DNA of 57,155 bases, filler included, from Nemertoderma westbladi (GCA_032718475.1; 3 parts of 3 records of this genome joined end to end with filler, not necessarily neighbours in it); one strand, 5' to 3'; numbered from the whole stretch's first letter, positions 24,601-35,547 are shown. Translations and numbers: made by a program. The notes: generated from the letters alone by a model not told the origin.

Positions 24601-27600
24601 CACTCACGCGCTACTTACAACTTTACACTACAACCTGATACTTTACACAACGATGTAAATAATGTATGAATGAATATACGTCCGTTTCCTATTTTTTTTC
24701 ATTGTAGATCACTTTTACTTTTCAGTTTGTGGTTAACAATGTAACCTACATTGGCGACAACGTGACATATGAACGGATAGTAAACAAAACATCCCTGGCG
24801 GCGGTGGGACTGTCTCCCTACAAACAACACCCGTGCACCAGGGATGGGTACAGTCATTGTAGCAATGGGGGTGCGTGTTTACCCAGAATGGAGGGGTGGT
24901 TGTGCCGTTGCCATGGTGACTACAAGGGTGATAGATGCCAGCAGTCTATGGTGCAAAGAGAGCAGGGGGGAGGATCGATTAGAGTGGACGGATTGACGCC
25001 ATTAATGTATAAAAATGGTGTAACATCTGTGTAAGTTACTCTATAAGTACTATTGTTGGAGTTAGCACATGCTTGTTCTAGAGTTCTTACAGTTTATCAT
25101 GGTGTTACCGAGAATAAATATCCTTATACACACTCACTAAAACCGTACCATTCAACCACAATTATTAGTCTCTCATTAGTTCCACACCATATACAGTAAT
25201 AACTAGTTCCACGACAGCAGTAAATACTAGGAGTTTGTATACACAGAAATTTATCTTGGAAAACTCATGACACCCACCTACTTTCTTAATAAAATATCAA
25301 AATCTACAGGTATATTTTATAAACTCAGATATATTTCGCTTCCATGTATTCATTTTACGGTAACTGTTGTACTAGACCTATACTCACTAGTTCACGAGTT
25401 CACCTATTTACATCAATATTGTTTCATCTCTGGGGTGGGACTGGGACAAACTCTACTACTACTATTTATACAAAAAATTATCCGACCTTTAAATAATAAT
25501 AATAAAATCAGAGTAAATCCTCAGTTATTCTATATTTTTCAATCTAATTATTAGGATCAATTCGGCATTAGTGACCGAGTGGTTGATTAAGTTACGAACT
25601 ACATCAACTTCCGGCCTGATATTCTACTCGGGGCCGCTAGAGGGCGCTGTTGGGGACTACCTTGCTGTGTATTTAGCTGGCAGAGGAACTCTTGTACTGC
25701 AATACAATCTCGGTAGCGGATTTATCAAAGTTGTTTCCAAAGTGATATTGGCTGATGGCAAATGGCACACCGTGCATATTCACAGGTAAACAGACCGTTT
25801 ATAACTTCCCTAGTGTTGTCTAAATGAACAAAATCCTTCTTCTTCCATTGTCATTTATTTGGATCATCTGTATAATTGTATAATCTGTATATATCATTAT
25901 GTTTACCATTTAGTTGGGTTTCTTTACATTATTCACAAAATACACTTTACACCTCATGATTAGTTCATACCTCATTCCCAGGCTAGTTAAAATACAGTTT
26001 ACGTAGACTGGAAAAAAATTACGGTTTGTTTAGTACCACTATGAGTAAAGAAACAAATTTGCATCAGGTAGTAATAGGCCCTGCGACTATGCGATTAAAT
26101 TGAAGTTCTTGGTTTTTCAAAAAGTTAATGAAGGCATTTTCCACTGAAACCAATAAAATGAAGAAAATTGCCAAGAATAGTTGTGGCGCTACTCGTGAAA
26201 TTTTGTTTTAACCTAGAACATATTGCTAGAATTTTGTTTTATTTGTAACCTAGAACATATTGTTAGAGTTTTGTTTTATATGTAACCTAGAACATATTGC
26301 TAGAATTTTGTTTTATATGTAACCTAGAACATACTGCTAGAATTTTGTTTTATATGTAACCTAGAACATATTGCTAGAATTGTGTTTTATTTGTAACCTA
26401 GAACATATTGTTAGAGATTTGTTTTATATGTAACCTAGAACATATTGCTAGAATTTTGTTTTATATGTAACCTAGAACATATTGCTAGAATTTTGTTTTA
26501 TATGTAACCTAGAACATATTGCTAGAATTTTGTTTTATATGTAACCTAGAACATATTGCTAGAATTGTGTTTTATTTGTAACCTAGAACATATTGTTAGA
26601 GTTTTGTTTTATATGTAACCTAGAACATATTGCTAGAATTGTGTTTTATTTGTAACCTAGAACATATTGTTAGAGTTTTGTTTTATATGTAACCTAGAAC
26701 ATATTGCTAGAATTTTGTTTTATATGTAACCTAGAACATATTGCTAGAATTTTGTTTTATATGTAACCTAGAACATATTGTTAGAGTTTTGTTTTATATG
26801 TAACCTAGAACATATTGCTAGAATTGTGTTTTATTTGTAACCTAGAACATATTGTTAGAGTTTTGTTTTATATGTAACCTAGAACATATTGCTAGAATTT
26901 TGTTTTATATGTAACCTAGAACATATTGCTAGAATTTTGTTTTATATGTAACCTAGAACATATTGTTAGAGTTTTGTTTTATATGTAACCTAGAACATAT
27001 TGCTAGAATTTTGTTTTATATGTAACCTAGAACATACTGCTAGAAATTTGTTTTATATGTAACCTAGAACATATTGCTAGAATTTTGTTTTATATGTAAC
27101 CTAGAACATATTGCTAGAATTTTGTTTTATATGTAACCTAGAACATACTGCTAGAATTTTGTTTTATATGTAACCTAGAACATATTGTTAGAGTTTTGTT
27201 TTATATGTAACCTAGAACATATTGCTAGAATTTTGTTTTATATGTAACCTAGAACATACTGCTAGAATTTTGTTTTATATGTAACCTAGAACATATTGCT
27301 AGAATTTTGTTTTATATGTAACCTAGAACATATTGTTAGAGTTTTGTTTTATATGTAACCTAGAACATATTGCTAGAATTTTGTTTTATATGTAACCTAG
27401 AACATATTGTTAGAGTTTTGTTTTATATGTAACCTAGAACATATTGTTAGAGTTTTGTTTTATATGTAACCTAGAACATATTGCTAGAATTTTGTTTTAT
27501 ATGTAACCTAGAACATACTGCTAGAGTTTTGTTTTATATGTAACCTAGAACATATTGTTAGAGTTTTGTTTTCTTTCTAACCTAGAACATAGCGTGACCC

Positions 27601-27922
27601 TTGTCGTACAAAACTATTACCATTGTTCCAGGTGTCTCATTAATAAAATAATATCACTTTTTTCAGGCATAGAAACCACAGTAGAGTGGAAGTTGATGGA
27701 GTTACTGTTGGTACGGGTTCGAGCCCTGGGAAAGCCACTCACCTAGACACCCAGGGGATTGTGTATGTCGGAGGACTATCCAAGGATTATGTGCCGGACT
27801 TTCTGCCCTACACCAACGGACTTCCAGCCTGTATATCAGAGATACAAATTCACAGACGTCAATTAAACCTGATATCTAACTTACTCGATGGGAGTACCAC
27901 TGTTTACAAATGTCACACATAA
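454..27922 (+). CDS. AGRN: Agrin, multi-exon, 5' part outside the window. Exons: 454-668, 831-998, 3006-3284, 8433-8576, 8895-9037, 9352-9525, 10539-10681, 10866-11079, 12228-12430, 12686-12843, 12950-13220, 13698-13806, (23934-23960 optional), 24363-24479, 24726-25030, 25555-25785, 27667-27922
   Basis: All introns are GT-AG with matching phases from 831 to TAA at 27920-27922. Domain order is Kazal, CSISPFGCCPDG motif, laminin-EGF ([14 protein letters not shown]), laminin-EGF, S/T linker, EGF, LamG, EGF, EGF, LamG, EGF, LamG. This is the agrin architecture. Confidence 0.88.
831..998 (+). CDS. AGRN: Agrin exon encoding a lustrin-type Cys-rich domain
   Basis: gtatag|...CCTC|gtgagt, 168 nt, phase 1-1. 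Pattern CPPG...C...CP...C...VCC. Confidence 0.75.
1124..1353. mobile_element. Short MITE-like element (hAT-like termini)
   Basis: Terminal inverted repeat AGTGGCGTCAC at 1125-1135 and GTGACGCCACT at 1342-1352. No clean TSD. Confidence 0.5.
1373..3020 (+). repeat. 54-bp tandem array, about 30 copies, made of a 3' splice site plus exon start
   Basis: Unit ttctttgtttacag|TTGCGACGCCCCCATTGTGCTCTATCYCCCCAgtaccgcg. The last copy runs into the real exon at 3006. Confidence 0.97.
3006..3284 (+). CDS. AGRN: Agrin exon: GCCPDG motif and laminin-EGF 1
   Basis: ttacag|TTGCGACG...CTCC|gtaagt. Encodes CNCSVIGS...[28 protein letters not shown]. Confidence 0.9.
4026..7083 (+). mobile_element. Degenerate non-LTR retrotransposon (CR1/L2 group, Daphne-like), APE endonuclease + RT, sense orientation in an agrin intron
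   Basis: MKIATYN..CDIILLQET, GDFN, WLDH, KAAGPDNL, NYRPIA, FLDASKAFD, GVKQG..SP, YADD. Several stops and frameshifts. AATAAA-rich tail at about 7056-7083. Confidence 0.9.
7108..8439 (+). repeat. 36-bp tandem array, 37 copies, made of a 3' splice site plus the first 7 exon bases
   Basis: Unit cataatttcacgctatattatatttgtag|CTTGCAG. The last copy continues into the exon at 8433. Confidence 0.97.
8433..8576 (+). CDS. AGRN: Agrin exon: laminin-EGF 2
   Basis: ttgtag|CTTGCAGTTGT, phase 1-1. Encodes [32 protein letters not shown]. Confidence 0.88.
8895..9037 (+). CDS. AGRN: Agrin S/T-rich linker exon
   Basis: ttaag|GAGAAACC...ACAGGG|gtaagt. Open, phase 1-0, bridges the flanking exons. Confidence 0.75.
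9352..9525 (+). CDS. AGRN: Agrin exon: EGF 1 and start of LamG1
   Basis: GCKVDNNICKHGGTC...CLCPLGKGGPTC...VPSFSNTSYLSFPK, phase 0-0. Confidence 0.88.
9602..9720 (+). mobile_element. tRNA-derived SINE with a Nin/Deu-domain-like core
   Basis: A box TAGCTCAGTTGG and B box GGATTCGAACCC, followed by GTCCACTCAG...GTCGATAAAATGAGGACCAG, which resembles the Nin-domain core. No tRNA acceptor stem or terminator. Confidence 0.65.
10140..10420 (-). mobile_element. CR1-type LINE 3' remnant
   Basis: Minus-strand peptide ENSFGVVG..KLDKFLGSIPD..PGY resembles a CR1 ORF2 C-terminus. Confidence 0.5.
10539..11079 (+). CDS. AGRN: Agrin LamG1 exons (10539-10681, 10866-11079)
   Basis: FRADNPDGVLLYNG...DYFSLSINQGFLEFR|YDLGSG...WHRV...LNLDDDLYVGG, with canonical splice sites. 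Confidence 0.9.
11195..12190. mobile_element. RTE-type LINE remnant, apparently with an internal inversion
   Basis: Plus strand gives LSRPMKTKLFRATVESV and SENFTLTKSLEQRIDGCHTRLL. An RTE-like 3' end with a TAG/TAT tail lies on the minus strand at about 11200-11300. Confidence 0.5.
11627..12098. mobile_element. MITE with TA target duplication, inserted in the RTE remnant
   Basis: Imperfect TIR of about 24 bp (taccatgtcctggaaaataaagtc / gacactatattccagaacatggtg) with TA on both sides. Internal perfect 19-bp IR tgcatgaaatttgaaacag / ctgtttcaaatttcatgca. Confidence 0.65.
12228..13806 (+). CDS. AGRN: Agrin exons for the end of LamG1, EGF2/3 and LamG2 (12228-12430, 12686-12843, 12950-13220, 13698-13806)
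   Basis: GFSGCI...PCLNGAKC; CECVSGFHG...CDPNPC; PRFDGHAYL...DFISLNIIDGFVEFRFDLGSG; WYEIYASREGKQGFLSVNG...GVSP. Phases are consistent. Confidence 0.9.
12614..12707 (+). repeat. Three degenerate 32-35-bp copies of acceptor plus exon start
   Basis: ttgtgtgtatgaatctggtttt (12619), ag|ttgtgactgtgtacctgtttt (12654), ag|TTGTGAGTGTGTATCTGGTTTT (12686, real exon). Confidence 0.7.
13807..23780 (+). repeat. 32-bp G-rich satellite, about 310 copies (about 9.9 kb), bracketed by two copies of an exon end plus donor
   Basis: Unit gttattggggaggggagcagggattcctagaa. 13773-13820 is identical to 23714-23761 (48 bp, including CCG|gtaagt). Confidence 0.98.
23934..23960 (+). CDS. AGRN: Candidate 27-nt alternative microexon (LARMQALLM) in LamG2
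   Basis: ttttacgttttag|CTAGCACGGATGCAAGCTTTACTAATG|gtaagt. Phase 0-0 with no stop, inside a phase-0 intron. Confidence 0.5.
24363..27922 (+). CDS. AGRN: Agrin 3' exons (24363-24479, 24726-25030, 25555-25785, 27667-27922): end of LamG2, EGF4, LamG3
   Basis: LNTKSDLYIGG; CSNGGAC...CRC; YKNGVTSV|INSAL..LRTTSTSGLIFYSG...YNLGSG...DGKWHTV; LDTQGIVYVGG...LPACI...KCHT*. Confidence 0.9.
26198..27590 (+). repeat. 37-bp AT-rich tandem array, about 37 copies, in the last agrin intron
   Basis: Unit aattttgttttatatgtaacctagaacatattgctag. Ends about 76 nt before the terminal exon. Confidence 0.96.
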
Positions 27923-29148
27923 ACGAAGTTATAATGTCGTAGTAATACAGTGGTAAAATCAATTAACTATTTATATACGTATTTGTAAAATAGAACTTTA
28001 CGACTACAGTTTTATGATCCGAGTGGTTCATTTCACAACCGAACGTAATGTTTGAGGGAGTTTTATTCCAAAATTGTGACATTACAACTGTTAAATGTTT
28101 GGGGGAATTCGAACTCGAAAGCAGTAGCGGGGGAAGGGGGGGGGGGGGGGGGGCATCAGATGTGGGAAAAATCTATTATCTTTTTAGAATTACATTGTAA
28201 ACAAAAGGTGGGGAAGGTACTCATGATAGTTGATTGATTATTATGATGGGGAGGGAGGGGGTGGGGGGGGGGGGGGGGGGGGGAATTATGTCTGCTTAAA
28301 AATATTTTTAACTCCACCCTGTAGAAATTAGGACATTAAATTAAAAAAAAATCCTCACAAAACATGAATGATAGCAATATAGTCGGTACCGGCAATATTT
28401 GCAAGCTAGGAATCTTTGCCGCTTTCATTATTTTTCATACATACATTTTTCACCAAATAAAAACTGGCTGAAATTTGGATAAGTTTCTCTACTTAGCCAT
28501 ACCCCACAGCTACAAGTCAAAGTAACGCATAATAGCCAGATGGAATTCGTTTTTTTGTCACGACTGAAATATTGTGATAAAAACGCTCTAATTAATAGTC
28601 TAATTAAGGCATAATATAAGTAATGTTATCATTTTGGAATAAATTACTTTACATTTAAAAATAAATGTAAAAATAAATTACTTAACCTATGTGCGTTTTG
28701 TTAATGATTATGAGAACGATGTAATTATTCCTGTATTAAAATAATTATAGAATAGTTTATATTATAATTGTATATATATCAGCCAGGCTATCTACAGTAA
28801 TAATATATACATCAAAATATACGGCCCCCTGATTTCTAACGATATCGCAAGAAATTTGAGACAACGGGGGTGTGTGGTAATTTAAGCAAATCCCGCGAAT
28901 TAATATTGATGAATTAACAATTCTAATTATTAATGACGGAAAATAGCATGTTTACAGCGGTAGGTTATTCTAACCAAAACAATAAACGAAAGTAACTTCA
29001 ATAGCTCAGTTTAACGTTTAATTTTTCCTCGTAATTCCCAGTTATTTTCGTTGATTTTTCCCCTAGAGAGGTCGAATCTTGATTGCGTCCTATATGGAAA
29101 TTGGAACTGAGATCGTTGAACATTTTATAGAAATATCATGCAAATAAA

Positions 29149-29248
29149 NNNNNNNNNNNNNNNNNNNNNNNNNNNNNNNNNNNNNNNNNNNNTTAATTAA
29201 TTAANNNNNNNNNNNNNNNNNNNNNNNNNNNNNNNNNNNNNNNNNNNN
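29149..29248. other. Artificial contig spacer or gap
   Basis: 44 N + TTAATTAATTAA (stops in all frames) + 44 N = exactly 100 bp, identical to the second spacer. Confidence 0.97.
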
Positions 29249-32099
29249 TGGGGAGTAATCACTACACAAAGCGGTGCGCTTTCAGTGAAGTGTTACGTAC
29301 AGGACACTAAAACAAATAATACTAATTTACCTAAGTTACTTAATACTACAAATTACGTACAATTCGGGTTGAGATTACAATCTCTAAATAAACACAAAAA
29401 TTTACAAAAACACAAATACGAAATTTTAGGGTAATTTTACAAGAAGTCTACAAACCAGCCTAACAAAGGGTTAGAAAACCGGTTATTACAACGGACAGGG
29501 TACTACGGTATTTGAAATAATAAGTAGTAGTAAATACACTGCGTTGTCTAGATAGAAAAATACCACCGCCTGACGACCTATAGCCATATCGCTATAGGTT
29601 CTACGTTATGTATCACGGAGTGTTCCTACCTAGAAGTTAATAGAGCTAATCGAATGTGCCTATCAACCACTTTACAACACAAATATAATGCCTACACTAA
29701 TTACTTCGGAAAGTACTGTACACTAAACCCTAAATTAGGTACGAGTACTTGTACAACAGATAATCAGTAGTTAAATATACTTGAACAGCTAAAAGAACCA
29801 CGGCATCTGCTGGAGTGACCGATGCACAAAATCACCAGTCTTTACCTTCGCCGAGCAGCCCGTGTAGTACCGGGGTTAATTTAACTATAGCGGTATGTAT
29901 AACAAACACAATTACTGTAGGAACAAACTTAGGGAATGAATGTTGCGGATAATCGCATAAACTCTGAATAATAAATATTACGCTACGCGTACAAACTACT
30001 CAAACAAAATACAGACAGAACACTGACAGACTACTATCAAGCCTAAACAAACTACGGTATATGCAGACTCCGAAATGATTAGGGAGTATGCGCTCTAACC
30101 CAGTAGTGCGACTTATTCTTTAGTTGGGGGTTTACCTTACTGCGTTCGCTGCCCCTACTGCCTAACCGTACTTAATCGGACAGATGATCTACACACGCGG
30201 CAATCCGTTCAGACCTAATAACAGCCAGACAACTATCCAGCCTACAAATTATTTAAATGAAATTATACGCTACCCGTACAGACTTACACAAACAAAGTAC
30301 AGACTAAACGATGGCAGACTACTCTCAAGCCTAAATAAACCACAGGACATGCAGACTCCGAAATGATTAGGGAGTATGCGCTCTAACCCAGTAGTGCGAC
30401 TTATTCTTTAGTTGGGGGTTTACCTTACCGCATTGGCTGCCCCTACTTCCTAACCGTACTTAATCGGACAAGTGCTCTACACACACTGCAATTCGTTCGG
30501 ACTTAACAGCAATCAGACAACAGCTCAGCCTACAAATCGTCTGTACAATCTGATCAGGCTTACACGCCTTCTGTTCAATACTGGCCTACAAATAAATAAA
30601 ACTTGACAGAAATAAGTAAAATCTCAATAAAAAATCAGGGCGGCCGTTCCCTGATTAAGTACTAAGACCTACCGGTATACAACTATCAAAATCGAATAAT
30701 ACTGCTGTACCTGTACTGCTGTAGGTACCGGTCCGGGTGGTTAGGTAGTCAGGCCTACTGGTACCGGTTCTGGCAGTTGGGCCTACTGACCTACAGATGT
30801 ACCGGTTGACCGGTACTTTCAACTTTATTGCTTACTGCAACAAAGAAGCTATATCCTTTAATGTTCGCGCTTTCAGACCTTTGGCAGTTTAACCCACCAA
30901 ATTAAGATGTCTTCTAGATATTAAATCAGTTTTTAGTCTATGACAAGTATTTGATTCACTACACTAGTCGAAACCAATCCGTGCGCGACCATTCACCCGC
31001 TGGAGATTCCCGGGAGATTGGGTTCGACGGTTTAATTTTATGGCTATGTAAGCCTAATGTATTATTCGACTGACAGTATTATATAATCTCTGACAATATT
31101 ATTCACCTTCGGGAATATTAACAGTTCCTTTAGGACGTGGCGCTTTATCTATATAAACAGAGTTATGACTTAAACTACTCACAACGATATGGCTTAATTA
31201 TAATTCACATATATGGCGCATTCTTTAGGAATTGCTTCTTTAACAGACTCACTCATACACAATGCTGCACAATACTGCACACTAATCTGCCAATCTTCAC
31301 TGATTTTAGTCACATATAAAAGGAACACAGACTGAATCATGTAGGGTCTATCAAATAACATTAGATTCACTTCAAACCACTTTAACATAAGTCACAATCG
31401 TTATGTATAACCCTTCTCTCTTACCTTCGGTATATCAAGAATATTGGGTTTCGGGGTTATTTATCGTTATTCCAAATATAATAATTCATCAACCATGTTA
31501 TGAAGAACTGACAGTAAATAGCAGTATAAAACAACAACTGAACACTGATTGTTACGAGTTTGCAATGTTTCAGCAGTCAGCATGTATGATCAGTTAGCAG
31601 TGATTCCATGAGTCAGGTAGTTAAAGGATATATGTCCTTGTAATTAAACCTACTATTGTAAGACTAAAAACAGTAAAGCACAAAAAATACTTCCAAGCCG
31701 TTCTTTCTTGGGCTCAGGACTGAATGTAAACACTGCACATAGGCATTGCGTCATTTCTCGGAAATTTTCTGTACAAGGAGCCACAAAAACGCTCTAATTG
31801 GCTGACTGAACTGAGAGACGCCGTAGAACAAAGGAAATCAACACGTATGAATGTCAGCTGTTAACCGTAGTCATAGTAACTACTGTTCAAGAGTAGCTAT
31901 CACCCCTTTGCGTCACGAATTGCCATAGAATCATAAAATATGCCTTTCACAGTACACATACGGAGGAAATAGGTCTTAGATCCTCTAAAAACACCGATAC
32001 AGCAATAATACGGTCTCTTACACTTATTAAATCAACTACAGAGTATTTTAATGTAAAAGATAATAAAAATAACGGGGCAATTCAGCAAAGGCTTTTACA
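29249..32099 (-). mobile_element. 5' LTR (32099-30862, about 1.24 kb) and at least 1.6 kb of non-coding leader of an LTR retrotransposon, same family as the LTRs in segment 3
   Basis: On the minus strand it starts TGTAAAAGC and ends GCGCGAACA, like 45675-46905. Near-identical to 46905-48280 plus 53712-53813 in reverse. Truncates the LINE ORF at 32100. Confidence 0.8.
29975..30540. repeat. Two tandem direct repeats of about 289 bp in the LTR-element leader
   Basis: atgcagactccgaaatgattagggag...ccttac is identical at 30061 and 30350. The flanks have diverged. Confidence 0.85.
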
Positions 32100-33364
32100 G
32101 TTGAACCCTCCAGTTATCCATGTTATTGCAATAACTGAAACTAAACTAGATGATTCAATAACAAACCAACAAGTAAATATTGATGGATATGATATATATA
32201 GGAGAGACAGAACTGGGAATGGAGGGGGGGTTGCACTCTATGTACGTAAACACTTACCATTTGAGGTGAAGCCCCAGTCATATGACACTCCTTCTGAACT
32301 GTTAATTGGCGAATTATACCTTCCTAAGACGAAACCGATACTCATTGGAGTAATTTATAGACCCGATGCTGACTATTCTATATTCGAAAACCTCGAAATA
32401 ACTGCAGGTGATTTATCACGCTATAAAGAGGTAATAATAATGGGTGATACTAATACAAATATGATGTCTGTGATAAATCCATTAACGGGTGAGATAGTCA
32501 AAAATCCACTAGGAATACAACATATCGATAACAACCTGAAACAACTATTGCAATTCTGTGAGTCGAACAGTATAGTTCAATTAATACGGGAGCCAACTCG
32601 AGTAACTTCAACAACTGCTACACTATTGGACCATATCTTTGTTTCAAACCCAAATATGGTAATTACTTCTGGAGTAATTAAGGATACGTTAAGTGATCAT
32701 TACATGGTGTTTGCAACTAGAAAACGTAAAAAATGTTGTCCTAAGGAACCAAAATATATCAAGTGTAGATCCTATAATGAATATACTGCTGAGAAACTTA
32801 TATTCGAATTGCATAACAATAGAGAAATAGATAAGATAGCAACTACTACCGATGTGGATGAGGCAACCAATATTTTAACGTTAGCTCTAAATACTGCTCT
32901 AGATAAACTAGCACCCAAACGCGAGTATCGAGTTCGATGTCATTCTCAGCCCTGGGTGGATACTGAGGTCAAAGAAGCCATTATTAATAGAAATAAACAA
33001 ACCCATAGATTCCAAGAGACACGCAGCCATAATGATGAACAACTTCTAAAACAAACCCGCAATGAAACTACAACTATAATTAGAAAGAAGAAGACTGCGT
33101 ATATCAAAGAGAAAATTGCATTGGCTGGTAAAGACAGTAAAAAACTTTGGAAAGCATTGAAAGACATTGGCCCCCATTCAAAAAAAATAAAAGAGGATCC
33201 CTCAACTCCTACCGTTCTTAAAATAGACGGAAATATATGTAGCAACACCGAAGATGTATGTAATTATTTTAATGATTACTTTTTAACAATAGCAGATGAG
33301 CTCGTAAGTAAGTTGCCGCCACCTAGTGGAAACTACGATATTCCGAAGGTGGTGGACTATTACA

Positions 33365-33615
33365 TATTATTATTATTAATGTAATCCTAGTAGATATTAT
33401 GTGTTATTATAAAAGTCTGGTATTGTATAATAATATTAGTTATAAATTTAAATTGATTGGGTTTTCACGGTTTCTTTTTTCGGTACCTATGCATACATTA
33501 TAACCTACTGTATGTTCATTATTATGTTAAGTATTCTGTGCACAATCTGAACCGGGCAATTTTCAACTATAGCGCTTTGTGCGCATGTTGTTATGAAATA
33601 TTAATAATAATAATA
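33365..33615. mobile_element. 251-bp insertion with 9-bp TSD and 16-bp inverted termini
   Basis: ACTATTACA at 33356-33364 and 33616-33624. Ends are TATTATTATTATTAAT and ATTAATAATAATAATA. Removing it restores the LINE frame (VVDYYKKLG...KATGSDEIPAKIIKD). Confidence 0.85.
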
Positions 33616-35547
33616 ACTATTACAAAAAACTGGGAGTTGTGGAAAATTCTTTCGAATTACACCCTACGACATATGACGAGGTTTACAAAATATGTTCTAG
33701 GGTTGATGTTTCTAAAGCCACTGGATCGGATGAGATACCGGCAAAGATAATAAAGGATGGGTTATCAGTCATTATATCTGCATATTATTAACCTGCATAT
33801 TATTAACCAATCTATAATAACCACTAAGTACCCTACAAGTTACAAGATTGCTCGTGTAAAGACTGCATATAAAAGCAGTGGTTCGCGACTAGAGAGAGGA
33901 AACTTTCGCCCGCTCTCATTACTTCCAATAATGTCTAAAATACTTGAAAGAGTTGCATTTAACCAGCTACAAGACCACTATATCAATAACAAACTAATAA
34001 ATAAACTTCAGTCGGGCTTTCGGGAGGGATATTCAACTGAAACGGCATTAATCTTTGTAGATAGCGCTATTTGAAATGGTATGGACAATGGCAAACTCAC
34101 TGGTATGGTTACTATAGACTTTCGAAAAGCCTTTGACTGTGTGAATCACAATATATTGTTAGAAAAACTAAAGGCTATGGGCGCTACCGATAAAACAAAA
34201 GATTGGTTCGAATCATATCTTTCTGGTAGACAACAGTTCGTTGCTATTGGCAACACACGATCGGAGACTAAACCTATTAAAAATGGTGTTCCCCAGGGAT
34301 CTATCTTGGGAGTTCTACTGTACCAAGGAGACACTAACGACTTCCACATGGTAATAGAGGATGACACCCTGGACCCAACCTTTGCCGATGACACAAACTT
34401 AATAAAAACCAATGATGACTCAGAATTAATTTCTAAAAGTTTGAGTTCAACAATGGACAGAGTATTCGACTGGTGTGTACAAAATAAACTGACAATAAAC
34501 TTTGATAAGACCTACAGCATACTCATGGAACACACCAAAAGATAGCTTCCTCTCCTGAACTAGAAGTCTATTGTGGTGGGCAACGTATAAAAAATGCAAA
34601 ATCGGTCACTTACCTTGGCTCCGTGCTAGACCAACATCTAAGTGGGACCGAGATGGCCACAAAGGTAATAAAGAAATGTAACAATAGATTGAAGTTTTTA
34701 CATAGATATGGCGGATTACTAGACTACTATACAAGACGTTTGCTATGCAATACACTGATACAACCACATATCGATTACGCCGCAGCAACTTGGTTTTACA
34801 GCATAACTCAACGCCTTCGTAAGCAATTGGAAGCACTACAGAGGAAATGTGTCAGATATTGCCTTGGTTACGGTCCTCGTGAACATATCGGAATCCAACA
34901 CTTCAAAGAAATAAATTGGCTCCCTCTAAACGAAAGAATAAAGGCAGTTATAGCATCACATATGTTCAAAATTGTTAACAACATATCACCCGATTACATG
35001 TCAGACCTCGTTAACCTTCGTTGTCAAACACACTCACTGCGTTCTACTGAGTCATCAGCTGCGCTCCCCCATTGTACGACAGTTTGCGGCAAGAAAGCGT
35101 TCACTTACTTGGGCCCAAAAATTTGGAACGAACTGCCTCAAAGCTTAACGAACGTGAAAACTTTAGAAGTGTTCAAACACAACCTCAAAGGCTACTACCT
35201 GCAGCAGCTGCTAACCGAAAATGCAAATGAATACATTTATTATGATTATTAATTAACATAACAAACATTGTATTTTATTGAACTTCATAATTATTTATTT
35301 TATAGGCTATATTTTATATATTACAGTGTTTTTATTATTGCATTTATTGCTATTTTTTATTGTATTTTTCAGTTACTTTTAGCATTTCATTGGCGCCATT
35401 CCATTTTCATTACAATTTTGGTGCAAATAATATTGTCTGCCGCATAGAGCACAGGGACCCTTATGGAAACGAGGTGAAACCTCATAAGGCTATCCCTCCA
35501 TTTTAATCGAATATTGCACATTTTCTACTTGTTTTTTATTTTAAGGT

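Noticed and set aside
25031-25554. Agrin z/B-site microexon
   Set aside because: The intron position matches the vertebrate z site, but I found no frame-preserving segment with convincing splice sites. The best donor gives 31 nt, and part of the intron looks like a LINE remnant.
7108-27590. CRISPR-like arrays (32-37-bp periodic repeats)
   Set aside because: Head-to-tail units with no unique spacers, no cas genes, and a eukaryotic intron context.
29193-29204. TTAATTAATTAA palindrome (also 42208-42219) as a biological motif
   Set aside because: Centred in identical 100-bp N spacers; an assembly linker.
29291-29300. TGTTACG as the LTR terminus of a solo LTR
   Set aside because: No TSD match with the 32100 flank. 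Comparison with segment 3 places the LTR end at 30862.
31137-31319. Conserved 60-aa ORF present twice (also 47560-47742)
   Set aside because: Antisense within recently duplicated LTRs, GTG start, no recognisable motif.
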